DNA from: Haliotis rubra
Taxonomy: Eukaryota
Assembly (NCBI RefSeq): GCF_003918875.1
Contig: NW_025767614.1
Span: 248,001 to 312,000, forward strand
DNA: 64,000 nucleotides
Reading direction: 5' to 3'
Below, in pieces: positions 13,280 to 24,400 of the stretch. Under the pieces are notes generated by a model. It saw only the letters and a program-made list of their open reading frames with translations, was not told the origin of the DNA and did not search any database. The translations under genes were made by a program, and so were the position numbers. The first letter of the stretch is position 1. Each line of letters starts with the position of its first letter.

Positions 13280-13419
13280 CTCTGAGATGATACACAATAA
13301 CGTAGATTTGCGTATGGTAAATGGACGCTTTAGTTTCTTTAAATATTGACCTGTCCATATTTGTCTCAGATGATTGTCTTTCCGGCTACATCAACAACCG
13401 TTTCCTCAACTTCTGCTAG
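13280..13419 (+). pseudogene. Relic exon 2 (with upstream intron) of the PAN-C-type lectin family
   Basis: Acceptor tctcag, then DCLSGYINNRFLNFC-TAG (13370-13419), versus DCPSGYVHNRLLNFCY in the intact copies. The upstream about 90 nt match the intron-1 3' end of copies A and B. Confidence 0.8.
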
Positions 13420-13450
13420 AAAGAGATATTTCTATGACCATTTTTATGGT

Positions 13451-13847
13451 CAGGCTGTATCTGTTTATCCCAGGCTGTATCTGTTTATCCCAGGCTGTAT
13501 CTGTTTATCCCGGGCTGTATCTGTTTATCCCAGGCTGTATCTGTTTATCCCGGGCTGTATCTGTTTATCCCAGGCTGTATCTGTTTATCCCGGGCTGTAT
13601 CTGTTTATCCCAGGCTGTATCTGTTTATCCCAGGCTGTATCTGTTTATCCCAGGCTGTATCTGTTTATCCCAGGCTGTATCTGTTTATCCCGGGCTGTAT
13701 CTGTTTATCCCGGGCTGTATCTGTTTATCCCAGGCTGTATCTGTTTATCCCAGGCTGTATCTGTTTATCCCGGGCTGTATCTGTTTATCCCAGGCTGTAT
13801 CTGTTTATCCCAGGCTGTATCTGTTTATCCCAGGCTGTATCTGTTTA
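13451..13847. repeat. 20-bp minisatellite C(A/G)GGCTGTATCTGTTTATCC, about 20 copies
   Basis: Direct tandem repetition. Confidence 0.97.
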
Positions 13848-14132
13848 TTGTTTGTCCTCCACTGGTGGCCTTGTGATCAGACATAGGTATTCTGTTGCCT
13901 TGACGTTCGGTAAAGAATGGAAATAGAAAAATAAAAATCAAGATCTAAACCGCAAACTTCGATAGTGCTGACTTAACAATATTTGCTGACACGTGAGTGT
14001 ACACAGTATCTCCTCAGAGCATAAATTTTCAATTGATAACCATCTAAATTTGCATTAGATCAATACGTGAATAAGTATATTTAGCCTGCTTTGGTCGTCA
14101 GATCACAGAGATTTCAGTAGTTGACGAGTACG

Positions 14133-17100
14133 ATGAAGATGCTGGTGACGTTGATGATCCTTTCAACGGCGACCTACACGTCAGCTCATGTTAGATCCGT
14201 ATGGGGAACTAACAGCACAAGGATGACAGACACATTGATCAACATCAATGTTTTAACTGAAGTTTCAAACGCTCTTACGGACACCCGATGCGTTGCCCTT
14301 TGTCTCCAGAACGAGGCTTGTGTGTCTGTATTCTACAGACGGCAACACCGACGGTGTCAGCTCCATGACGTGCTGTTCATGTCGCCGCAGGACGGAGAAG
14401 AAGAGGCGGGTACAGTGTACTACAGCGTCAGAACGGGTGAGCATATATGCACATTATGATATTGCTCGCAGTATAAACAAAAATACAAAATCGACGTTAC
14501 CGGTTCCATTGTGTAAGCAATGGCGTTGTGTCCAAAGGTGGTGGTGGTGGTGCGCACACCTGCAACTATTTCGTTCCCCAATATTGTCACAGCACCACTG
14601 AGCATGTCTACGGTGGGTATTAGGCGCATTATCAATAAATTATTATTATTATGCTTTACAGATTAAGATAAAAATGCAGCAGAGAGGGCTCGGGTTATCC
14701 TGGCACAGTCAGGCTGGTAAGGCTCATCATCAGCTCAGGGCCATTGCCCCCTCTGCACGCAGCCCAGACAGCGATTGGGACTTCTCCCAGGAGCTGCCTA
14801 GTCGAACCCACCAAGAACTTTCCGGAGAATATGTAGACTCCAAGACACTGCAGCCTTCTGCATTACTCAGAGTGTCAGAAGGGCTCTGCTCCCGGTGGAG
14901 AACCCGGGCATTCTCCTGATCTGTGCCAAGAGATTAGGAGGTACCAAACCAAGGGCACCGAGAACAATGGGAGTCTGACGACAGTGTACTTGGGATGCAA
15001 GCGAGACATTTCAAAGGCGAGGTCTGCATATCTAGCATGCTCTTCCTGAATCTTGCCAATCACCTTGCTGTCAAAAGGGATAGAAAATCCAATGATATAA
15101 ATATATTCATTGTCTTTATCAAAAAGGACAAGATCAGGTTATTTGGCTGGAATTCTTTTGAGGGTGTATATAGGCCTATTCCACAGAAGTTTGAAAGCAG
15201 CATTTTCCATGACGCCCTGGACATGTTCAGGGTCGTACCATTGATGGACCTCGGAGTCAAAGCCTCAGGCATGGCGGAGACGATAGTAAAAGCAACGAGC
15301 CATGTCGATTAAGATATGCTGTTTGTGCCGAGGAAGAGCATCCACTGACAAGGTGTCGATTAAGATATGCTGTTTGTGCCAAGGAAGAGCATCCACTGAC
15401 AAGGTGTTGGGCAGTCTCTGTGAATTCATGGCACAATTGACATTTCATATTGATACATTCTTTTAGAATCACATTTAGTATCATCATCATCATCATCATC
15501 ATCACCATCATCAATCGTCTCTGAAATAGTACACAATACCGTAGATTGGCGTATACTAAATGGACACCTGAGTTTATTTAAATATTGTCTGTTTCAGGTG
15601 ACTGTCCGTCCGGCTACGTCCACAACCGCCTCCTCAACTTCTGCTACCAGCTTCATGCAGACCGGAAGATGTACAACGATGCTCTTGCTGACTGCAGGTC
15701 AAGAGACGAGCACCTTGCTGTTATTGACAGAGAAGAAAAGCAGAACCACATAGCCAAGCAGATCCCGTCGTCGTCAGGTCTGTGTACCCGTTTCTCATTC
15801 AACTGATGCATGTTTCCTCCTATTTGGTTCAATACAAAGTTGATGCTATGGTTTTCAAATGAACCTGACAAAACCCCTTCTATAGTCATCAAATAGATGT
15901 AAATATATTACGTTTAACATCTATATATACTGGACAAAAATAGTTAGGGATATATGTAAATTTTGAAATTATGAATAATGATTTTTAATTCTTTTTGAAA
16001 GGCATTTAGAAGTTGGACGAACATGAATACATGACACTTTTATGGATAACAACTTCTTTTTATTCTTTACACGAAGTTTCAGAGCTTATTCTTGCTCCTT
16101 CATCAGGTGAATACTGAGTCAGTACAAAGAGTGAATATATATAGATAAAACATGTTTACGCAATGCAAGGAAGGAAAATGTACAAAGATAACAATATAAT
16201 TGCGTAGCTGACAATATAATCCACGAAGCCAATAAGATTACGAAGCCAATAAGGTTGGATTAATGCATAAAGAAAACAATGTATTGTGTACACAAATCCA
16301 AGAGTAGGGGGTGGTGTGATGTACAAGAATAACAATAGGAAACCAATTGGATAGGATTAAAGATAACAATGAACTAATGAAGCCAGAGGACAACAGAGTA
16401 TACACTGGGAAGGTAAATGCCTTGGTCCCGGTTAATGGCTGCCTTCTTTCTCTGGATCTCAATGCTGTCTTGAAGTTTCCGCTTCTTCCAGTGGTTGATG
16501 TTGGTGTGTAGAATCTGGCTTTGTTGCCAAGAAATATGGTGCTCGGGACATGACCAACTTTGAAGATTATATTGTTATCTTTGTACATTTCCCTCCTTGC
16601 ATTGTATAAACATGTTTTATCTATATATATTCACTCTTTGTACTGACTCAGTATTCACCTAATGAAGGAGCAAGAATTAGCTCTGAAACGTCGTGTAAAG
16701 AATAAAAAGAATTTGTTATCCATACAGATTCATGTATTCAGACTTATTAATTGTATTCATTGACACACTGATAAAATATCAATCATAAAATACCAATATC
16801 CCTAACTTATTTTGTCCAGTATAGTTGCTAAATATATTTAGCTTAAGACTTTCTTTATATAATTTTGGTCATGTGACAACGACTGTATACCTTACAATAC
16901 AATTGTACCATGGGCCATGTGGCCTAAAATACGGAATAACCTTGACTTGCATGCAAATAGATAAACGGAGCGAAGATGAATATCTGGTGGGAACCATCCA
17001 AAACACAAGCAAAGGCAAGTCAATGTTTCCCCAACAAACATGGGAATACACTGTACAAATAAAAATTGAGAACGTCTGTTACGACGTAAATTGTAAAATT

Positions 17101-18320
17101 TGCCGCAGTTTTTATCACAATTTACCGCAGTTTATTACGTGTTACCGCGTTATTACAATTTACGTCATGTTACCATTACGTACCATTATGGCATCCGCGG
17201 TCGAGTCTTGCTGATCTTTCCACGTATGACAATTTGTATGTCAGCTGGTTGACTTATAGTCATAGTCTTAGTCATATCGTTTATAATTGTTATACCCCTA
17301 CCTATAAAGGACCAAGTACATAGTTATACCAATTAACTCCGCCTGTCCGAATTGTGTACAGCCAGTCGTTTGAGGAAAACCCTTAGTCTAAAAGGTGAAG
17401 TGCAGTAAAATGTTTGATTATGTTATTTTACCTGGGGCAGACAATCCAGTGCTTGACATCAATCTATGCAGGTGGGGGTGATGAAGTGGCAACCTTGGGC
17501 TGATCTGCTCTGAATCAGTTCACTTCCGGCACTAAGTTCTCGTGGTCTGATTGTGACTGATTATTGGCAAAACCGCTGTAACACCAAGGTATTATCAAAT
17601 AGGTTCAAAGCCAGCCAGCCAATCATTAGAGGTCGCACCAAGATCGGGTGATCAGGTTTGCCGACTTGGTTTATACATATAACCGTATCTCAGTTTCTTG
17701 GATCGATGTTTATGATGTTGATCACTGGATTGTCTGGTCAAGATTTTATCATTTGCGCAGTGCTTCCATATAGCTGGAATATTGCTGAGTGTGGAGTTAA
17801 TCAAACAAACATGTATGTTATCGTTAAGCATTAGTGAATGAATGAAAGCGTTGCATGCATTAATGCATGAAAGTGTACACAAAGTGTAGAATCTGTGTTC
17901 TTATTGTTCCATAACATTAAATTCACAGAGGGTGGCACCTGGATCAAGTATTTCCTTTTCGAGTATCAGGAGTTCTTTACAACAAAGTCGTAAATATACA
18001 AACAGATGAAATCATGCCGTATTAATGTATTTGATAATAGTGATGCGTTCTTATTTTCAGACACTAACATTTGCAGTTATTTCATCGATGGGTCGGATGC
18101 TGTTAAGGAAGGGCAGTGGGTATTTCATGATGGCCGGGATGTGACGTACAAGCCCTGGGCTCGGGGATTCCCCAAAAATGAAACAGGCAGAAATTACATT
18201 GTGGCTAGGAAGCATGAAAACTTTCGATGGCATAATTCGGATATACAGTGGGATGACAAGTGTTACATATGTGAAAGGGATATGCTGAATACACCTCTGT
18301 ATTTGGGTCCTGTTACATAG
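14133..18320 (+). CDS. Secreted PAN/Apple + C-type lectin protein, copy A. Exons 14133-14436, 15598-15777, 18061-18320
   Basis: Signal peptide MKMLVTLMILSTATYTSA. PAN motif CVALCLQNEACVSVFY...CQLH. Two phase-1 GT-AG introns. CTLD motifs CPSGY..FCY..ADC..HLAVID..IDGSD..EGQWVF..W..YICE. Open frame throughout. Confidence 0.88.
14640..15478 (-). mobile_element. 3' fragment of an RLE-type (R4/Dong-like) non-LTR retrotransposon in copy A intron 1
   Basis: CCHC knuckle KCQLCHEFTETAQHLVSGCSSL and restriction-like endonuclease PDLVLFDKDNEYIYIIGFSIPFD...RYADLAFEM, with frameshifts. (TAA)n tail at about 14640. Internal 51-bp duplication. Abuts a (CAT)n microsatellite. Confidence 0.7.
15926..16823. mobile_element. 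Tc1/mariner-type non-autonomous element hosting a Penelope insertion
   Basis: TIRs TATACTGGACAAAAATAGTTAGGGATAT (15926-15953) and ATATCCCTAACTTATTTTGTCCAGTATA (16796-16823), with TA ends. Confidence 0.75.
16022..16740 (-). mobile_element. Penelope-like element fragment with inverted pLTRs and hammerhead ribozyme cores
   Basis: Inverted arms 16022-16200 and 16566-16740. Between them is a GIY-YIG C-terminus HHISWQQSQILHTNINHWKKRKLQDSIEIQRKKAAINRDQGIYLPSVY (minus, about 16552-16395). CTGATGA-aGGAGC..GCTCT-GAAAC at 16106-16076. Confidence 0.82.
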
Positions 18321-19959
18321 CTGGATGTTGGAATACATCTCAAAGTGTATCCGTGTAAGACAACCTGGAACTGTGACGTGATGGGTAAACATGTGACCCC
18401 CGTCCTACCCTTAAGCCCCCTTGTCTCTCTCTATATATATTGAACACGGTTAATTCAGCGAAATAAGACTTTCCACATCCATAGCAAATTCCGATTTGTA
18501 CAATTCCGACCATTAGCATGTGTTTTATGAATCTTTTTCAAATAGTGATCATACCAGGTGTTAGTGAAAAGGTGAGCGTGTTAATCCATTACATGTATTT
18601 TGAAGTTTAAAATATCTATGATTGATGATAGAAGTGACACATTCCGAATTGAGCGAAATTCAATTTGTAAATAGCTTAAAAGCCATGTTAAAGAAACCAT
18701 ATCTGAATTAATTGGAGCCACATTGGCACAGAACCGACGTGAATTTTTAATCTTTCGCGACTGCGATCTTATTATTTACATGTTCACTAGCTTTATGAAC
18801 TGAAACTTACATGTTACGTTTTCGTTTATTGAAAATTAGAATACGAAGTGCAATTTTATATTTTAATTTCTTTTTACTTTCAAAATGTTAACTGACCTAG
18901 ACTTTTCAAAAATGAAATGATCAACCAATGTATCTGATGATCTACCTTTACGCCGTTAAGAATAAAAAATGACGTACTGTCACACCGATGACTTGGTTTT
19001 GTTTCTTCGCACAAACTTAGATTACTGACAGGCAAAGAGTAACATATTCTACCTTTGAAATTAATGTAAAATCTATAGAGTATTATCTATAGGGATAAAT
19101 ATAACCATTTATGCATTACGCTGTGAACCAACCAATCTTTGATTAGGACAACCAATCAACAAACATTCCAAGAAGTGATAATAGGAAAAGATTCCTCTTG
19201 TTCATCGTGCCAAGGAAGCAGCGATTGGACACTAACAATGATAACACACATGTACTCTGAACCCGAGGGTTTAAATTCAAATAGTATCATACGGGCACCA
19301 ATACAAGCAAAAATACGAAAAGCAAGCTTTACGGATGTCAACTTCTTTATTGTGAATAACACGACGTTTCGGAGCGTATACTCCCAACCATTCACCTGAT
19401 GAAGGAGCAACCACAGGGGCGTGTCACGCTTAGTCACAGCGTTAGAAAGACATATAGGTATATAGACCCTACCCTAGTACTATATAAAAGGAAAGGGATG
19501 TAACGACGGAACCACCCCCTCCTCAATCAAAGATAGATTTCACAAGGTAAACTATTTGTAAGGCCCCGTCGAGGCCTACGGATCGAAAGCGAGATGATTT
19601 CCCTACAAAATGAGCTATAAATGGTCACAACAGGATCATTATTTCAAACGTTATACGCCACGACTCACCGAAAACAGCTACCTCCGCAATTCCAAGCCAA
19701 AATCATGGATCACCCAAGACAGCGAAAACTCACCTGTTAAATTCGTTTATTAATTCCAGTCACGCTGACAGCACCTATGTAGGGCTAGATTCGATCGGCA
19801 GCGGCATTCCACGGTACAACCTAAAACTTAGGTCGGTGCAACATCTACTAATCATTTCCTCGATTAGTAAGCAGGCCATATACGGCGTAAGAGTACGGCG
19901 TTAAACAACAAACAAACCATATCATCAGATATCATTTGTAAAATGGTGATAGATAAATA

Positions 19960-21300
19960 CTATACACCGCAAAATATTACATAAAAATCACAAACATAAA
20001 CAGTGATAAAACCATTCTGAGCCATGTCACACACGTACCGACCCATCCTTTCCGGGAACAGCCAGCTAAACAAGTTAACGAATCGTCCAACGTCGCAAAA
20101 ATCGAAAATACTTTTCTGATGTAACACGGAATGCACGTGCATACAGACGGTATAAAACAGCCTACGCGACACGTGAGCAACACAGTAGTAAAAAGAACAC
20201 AAAAGTATTCCACGTTTGAGGCAAACCGAAAGAGAGCTGTCGGAATGCCCCAACAAGGAGCTAACCACACCGTCATTGCCAAAACCTACGGCTGCACTCA
20301 GTCATGGACTGTTGCATTCGTGACAAACTCGTGTTATTCCGGGACAAGCCGAATAGCGACGTCTTGGAGGTTACGGAAAGGGGCGAGTGGTGACGAATGG
20401 GACTGTTGCAACGACTAACACAAACAGGCAATGTCGTCACGTAGTCGTCTCGACAGCATTCGTGGAGACAGGACGTGTGTTTCATAGATGCCAAATATCT
20501 TGGTCGAAATGGGTTGCAAACAGACTAAGGTGTAAGAAATACAGTTTGCTCTACCCCCATGTATAGTGTAAAGGTGTTGTCACTGATGCATCAAATTTAA
20601 AATTTATTCCACATGTCTACCATAAAACGTTTTGTAAGCTTTAGTGAGGCTTGAATGTTTTAGCCTTGATCGAACAACTTCTGAGCAAGAGTGTTATGAC
20701 GTAAGTCAGCGTTAAGTCACAATTCAGAAACCATATACATCATATTGCAAATCGGTGTATATTTTATGAATTACATAAGACAAGAAAAACTGATTTTTGT
20801 TGGTAACAGTTTGACAAAATCGTTTCGGTTACTCAATGACCTATGACATTATATTTCCTTCTGCTTCCATTCATGGCGTTTTGTAATAATGCGCACAAAA
20901 CTTGTGTGTAAGGGAATGCGCGCTGACTGATCTAACTGGTAACCATGACACCCGGTAAACACCTTCGTGAAATATACAACGCATCAAACTTGATTTAACG
21001 GTTGTTTATATCAGTTCATAATCACGACGGAATATTCAATATGTCAATACTGTTGCTTAAATAAAGAATAAGTGAATGCACACAGACTACACTTTAGGAT
21101 ATTTTTCTCATGTCGTCCTCTGAAAACAAATTTTGAAGTATTAACGATTTAAATATACATATATACATATCTCCAACACTTTAATCAAGCCATGCGCATC
21201 TCAGACCTAAACTCAACAGAACAGTTGTAAAATGTTATGTACAAGTATGTTCGTTAAGTTAATAGCTAGCATGCTTATACATAATTTCTCGTTTTTACTC
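19960..21300 (+). mobile_element. Degenerate Tc1-like transposon relic
   Basis: N-terminal HTH-like PRL...RAVGMPQQGANHTVIAKTYGC...RLTQTGNV (about 20210-20435) and a degenerate SPDLNPIE-like motif (about 21195-21225). Boundaries approximate. Confidence 0.5.
20315..20399. mobile_element. 85-bp Mutator-type MITE, second copy
   Basis: Same element as 5874-5958, with 9-bp TSD GGACTGTTG at 20306-20314 and 20400-20408. Confidence 0.8.
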
Positions 21301-22298
21301 ATCTCGTGGATTGGAGTAACCAATTAGTCATTGGGGGGTCCAAAGTTTGAGAAACAATATATTTTAAACATGCGCATGCCCAGGTAGAACATTATTTTTG
21401 GGTGGAAGATCTAACCGTAGTTTACATACATAATATTACCTTTTTGAATACAATCTTCTGTCATCTCTGTGGAGACACAGCAACAAGCCACAGGTCGATA
21501 ATTGCATCTTTTTTCAGAAGGTCATCAAGAGAATTTATCAGGGATGAGAGGAGATGCGGAAATAACTGGTAGCGACCTGTACTAATGTACTTGCATAGAA
21601 AGGGCAGGTCGCCATAGGAAATATGTGAAAGCATCTTGTGACATACATCGGTGTCCTTCATATATATGGTACCGTCCAAAAATAAGAGTACAAAAAAATC
21701 ATACGAAGTTGTCGTTGAGGTGTACAAAACCAATACCGAGCGTTGCATCATGACTCAGAATTTAATCACTATTAAATTTCACCATATGCATGAATGGCAC
21801 GTTATGCACAAATGCACACATGCACAGATATGGGAGAGTGCGAGGATAGAGGGGAAAGGTCAATCACTGATGCAGCTGAGCAGACATTGGAAATACCCTC
21901 CAGGTCACAACAAAGAGACAAAATGGCGAATATTGGATACGACTGAGGGCGGGCGTCGATAGCCTAAGTTGCCCAAATGTCTGGCAAACTGGAAAGTGAA
22001 TTTTCTGGACTGTTTGTCACGGAGTTGCAGTGAGACCTAAATGAAAGCAAAGGACAAAAATAAAGAAAAAGCTACATCGGGACAAAATCGTTCCATCACA
22101 TACCCCAGATCATGACACCCCAACCCCCAAAACGGCCCCCTTCCAGATCACATGGCCTGATGCAGCGCTCTGCTGTGCACCTGCAGACACGTCGTGCCGT
22201 CAGCTCGGTGAAGAGGGAAACCCGACTCATAGGTGAAGAGAACGTACACTCAAATGCTCCCAATCGCAAGTTTTGTCAAGTATGTCTTGTTTGTTGTT

Positions 22299-22576
22299 GA
22301 CCCGTGAAGATCCGGGGTAGAATAGGTCTGCAGCAACCCATGTGCTTGCCATAAAAAGGCGACTATCTTGTCGTAAGAGGCGACTAACGGGATCGGGTGG
22401 TCAGTTTCGCTGACTTGGTTGACACATGTCATCGGTTCCCAATTGCGCAGATCGATGCTCATGCTGTTTATCACTGGATTGTCTGGTTCAGACTCGATTA
22501 TTTACAGACCACCGCCATATAGCTGGAATATTGCTGAGTGCGGCGTAAAACTAAACTCACTCGCTCACTCACTCAC
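22299..22576 (+). mobile_element. SINE-like family B (structured non-tRNA head), full-length copy
   Basis: GACCCGTGAAGATCC...GTCGTAAGAGGCGACTAACGGGATCGGGTGGTCAG...GCTGGAATATTGCTGAGTGCGGCGTAAAAC(TCAC)n, with 14-bp TSD TCTTGTTTGTTGTT. Other copies: about 22580-22811(-), 26860-27101(-), 34795-35010(+), 37490-38597(-), 44784-44997(-), 51033-51262(+), 55560-55790(-), 56955-57170(-), 59795-60000(+), plus fragments. Confidence 0.85.
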
Positions 22577-23937
22577 TCTTGTTTGTTGTTAAGCGCCGCA
22601 CTGTAATATGCCAGCTATATGGCGGCGGTCAGTAAATAATCGAGTCGGAACAAAACACTCCAGTGATCAACAGCATTAGCATAGATCTACGCAAATGGTT
22701 CGGATTTCATGGGTCAACCAAGTCAGCGAGCCTGAACACCCGATCCCGTTTGTCGCCTCTTACGACAAGCATGGGTTGCTGAAGACCAATTCTAACCCGG
22801 ATCTTCACGGGTTGTTGTCAAGTATCGTACGAGTTGTAAGGGCTGCTGGCTGGTACCTGTGTTGGAGGTAGGTGGTTCGAATCCAAATCCATAGGTCCTC
22901 CGTTGGGGTCGTTACTGGCGGGTGACCACTATAGGGACATTCGTGACCAACTCGTGTTATTCCGGGACAAGCCGAATAGCGACTCGTGCCCCTCTGGAAG
23001 GATTTCATATTGGCGCATGAACATCAGAACTACTTTAAACAAGAACGATAACTCTATCCCTGTTTGATACCAATGTTTCTTAATACCACCGAAGCACATG
23101 TACATTGTATTGCTAGATTGCTGTTTTTGGGGTTTTGTTTACCTATTTATTTTAAAGAAATAAACCTCTTTGATACAACTAAAAGAACGAGAAAAACATA
23201 TTTGTTAAAGACATAATCTAATGTAATTATTACCAGATGTTCACCTTATTTTTCCAATTATGTTAATTTGCTACATAGGGTTTAATAATCACAAATGGGA
23301 ATTGTTTTATTGAATATACGGATAAAATAATATTTTTCAGCTACATTAAATCCCAAAGTAGATACTCAGAAATGACTTCAAAATATTTCTCAAACTGAAC
23401 ATTCGTGTAACCTTGCTGTCACACACCTGGTGGAATTTTAAATGAATTCACTGAAAAAAATATGAATGACCAAAAACATTCAGACTAAAATACGGAAAGG
23501 GGCGAGTGGTGACGAATGATAACAAGCATCGATAGGAGGACGAGTCTTCTTGGAGGTTACGGAAAGGGGCGAGTGGTGACGAATGTCAATATGCCTTTTC
23601 TGTCGACGGTCACGTGACCGCCTCTAGACCAATCAGGTAGCCGGAAAAATATGCTTACATAATAAAAACATTTATACTGTATCTTATCTCGATTCAACTC
23701 TATTCTGAATGAATTTTCATAATTATTTTGACAAATTCGGTTGGGTTGTCAAATGACCTATAGTTATGGTTATACCGTTTGCATCCATTTATGGAATGTG
23801 GTATAAACGTGCCTCAAATACTCGTGCAGTTAGCTCTGATTGGTAACTATATGACACCCGGTGAACTTGATGGTGAACACGTGAAATTTACAACGTATCA
23901 AAGCGTGTGGTGGCAGGTGGTCCTGTGCATAGAGCTC

Positions 23938-24057
23938 AGGCTAGCTATTCTCGAAACGTTCGTAACGCTACGAACTTCTTAAACCCATTCTTAACACATT
24001 GGCTACGAAAAAGGTTAAGACTTCTTAGGGCTACGAACGTTTCGAGAATAAGGGCCC
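23938..24057. mobile_element. Palindromic MITE
   Basis: GGGCTAGCTATTCTCGAAACGTTCGTA ... TACGAACGTTTCGAGAATAAGGGCCC inverted ends. Confidence 0.6.
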
Positions 24058-24059
24058 AG

Positions 24060-24400
24060 GTCACAAATCAGGTGAAGTTCAGCAACATTGGGCGCGGAGA
24101 GTAGTAGGGTGGGTGACCATGTTTGGCAACTTGACTTGGGAGAGTTCCTTGACTTAAGTCCTGCCCCACAAAGAAGCACATGTGGTACAAGTGGTCTCAC
24201 CTTAGGCAAGTGAGTTTGTTCAACTTGCCTCTGTTCACCCAGCAGAAAATGGGTACCCGGTGGGATAAAGTCGTGTGACTGTAACCCTATAGCACCAAAC
24301 AGGCAGCCTGGGTTATCCGGGGTAATAATCATCAGATTGTTTGGCCGCTTCGAGCACGCATTGTGCATGGAGCAATACACATGATAAATGGACTATTGTG
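24060..24400 (+). mobile_element. Old SINE with a 5S-rRNA-like segment and a conserved core-like domain
   Basis: GAAGTTCAGCAACATTGGGCGCGGAGAGTAGTAGGGTGGGTGACC resembles the 5S internal control region. It is followed by CTTGCCTCTGTTCACCCAGCAGAAAATGGGTACC, which resembles a SINE core domain. Confidence 0.5.

Noticed and set aside
13346-13886. 170-176 aa repetitive ORFs
   Set aside because: Translation of the 20-bp minisatellite.
24070-24120. 5S rRNA gene
   Set aside because: Only a degenerate segment of about 45 nt embedded in a SINE.
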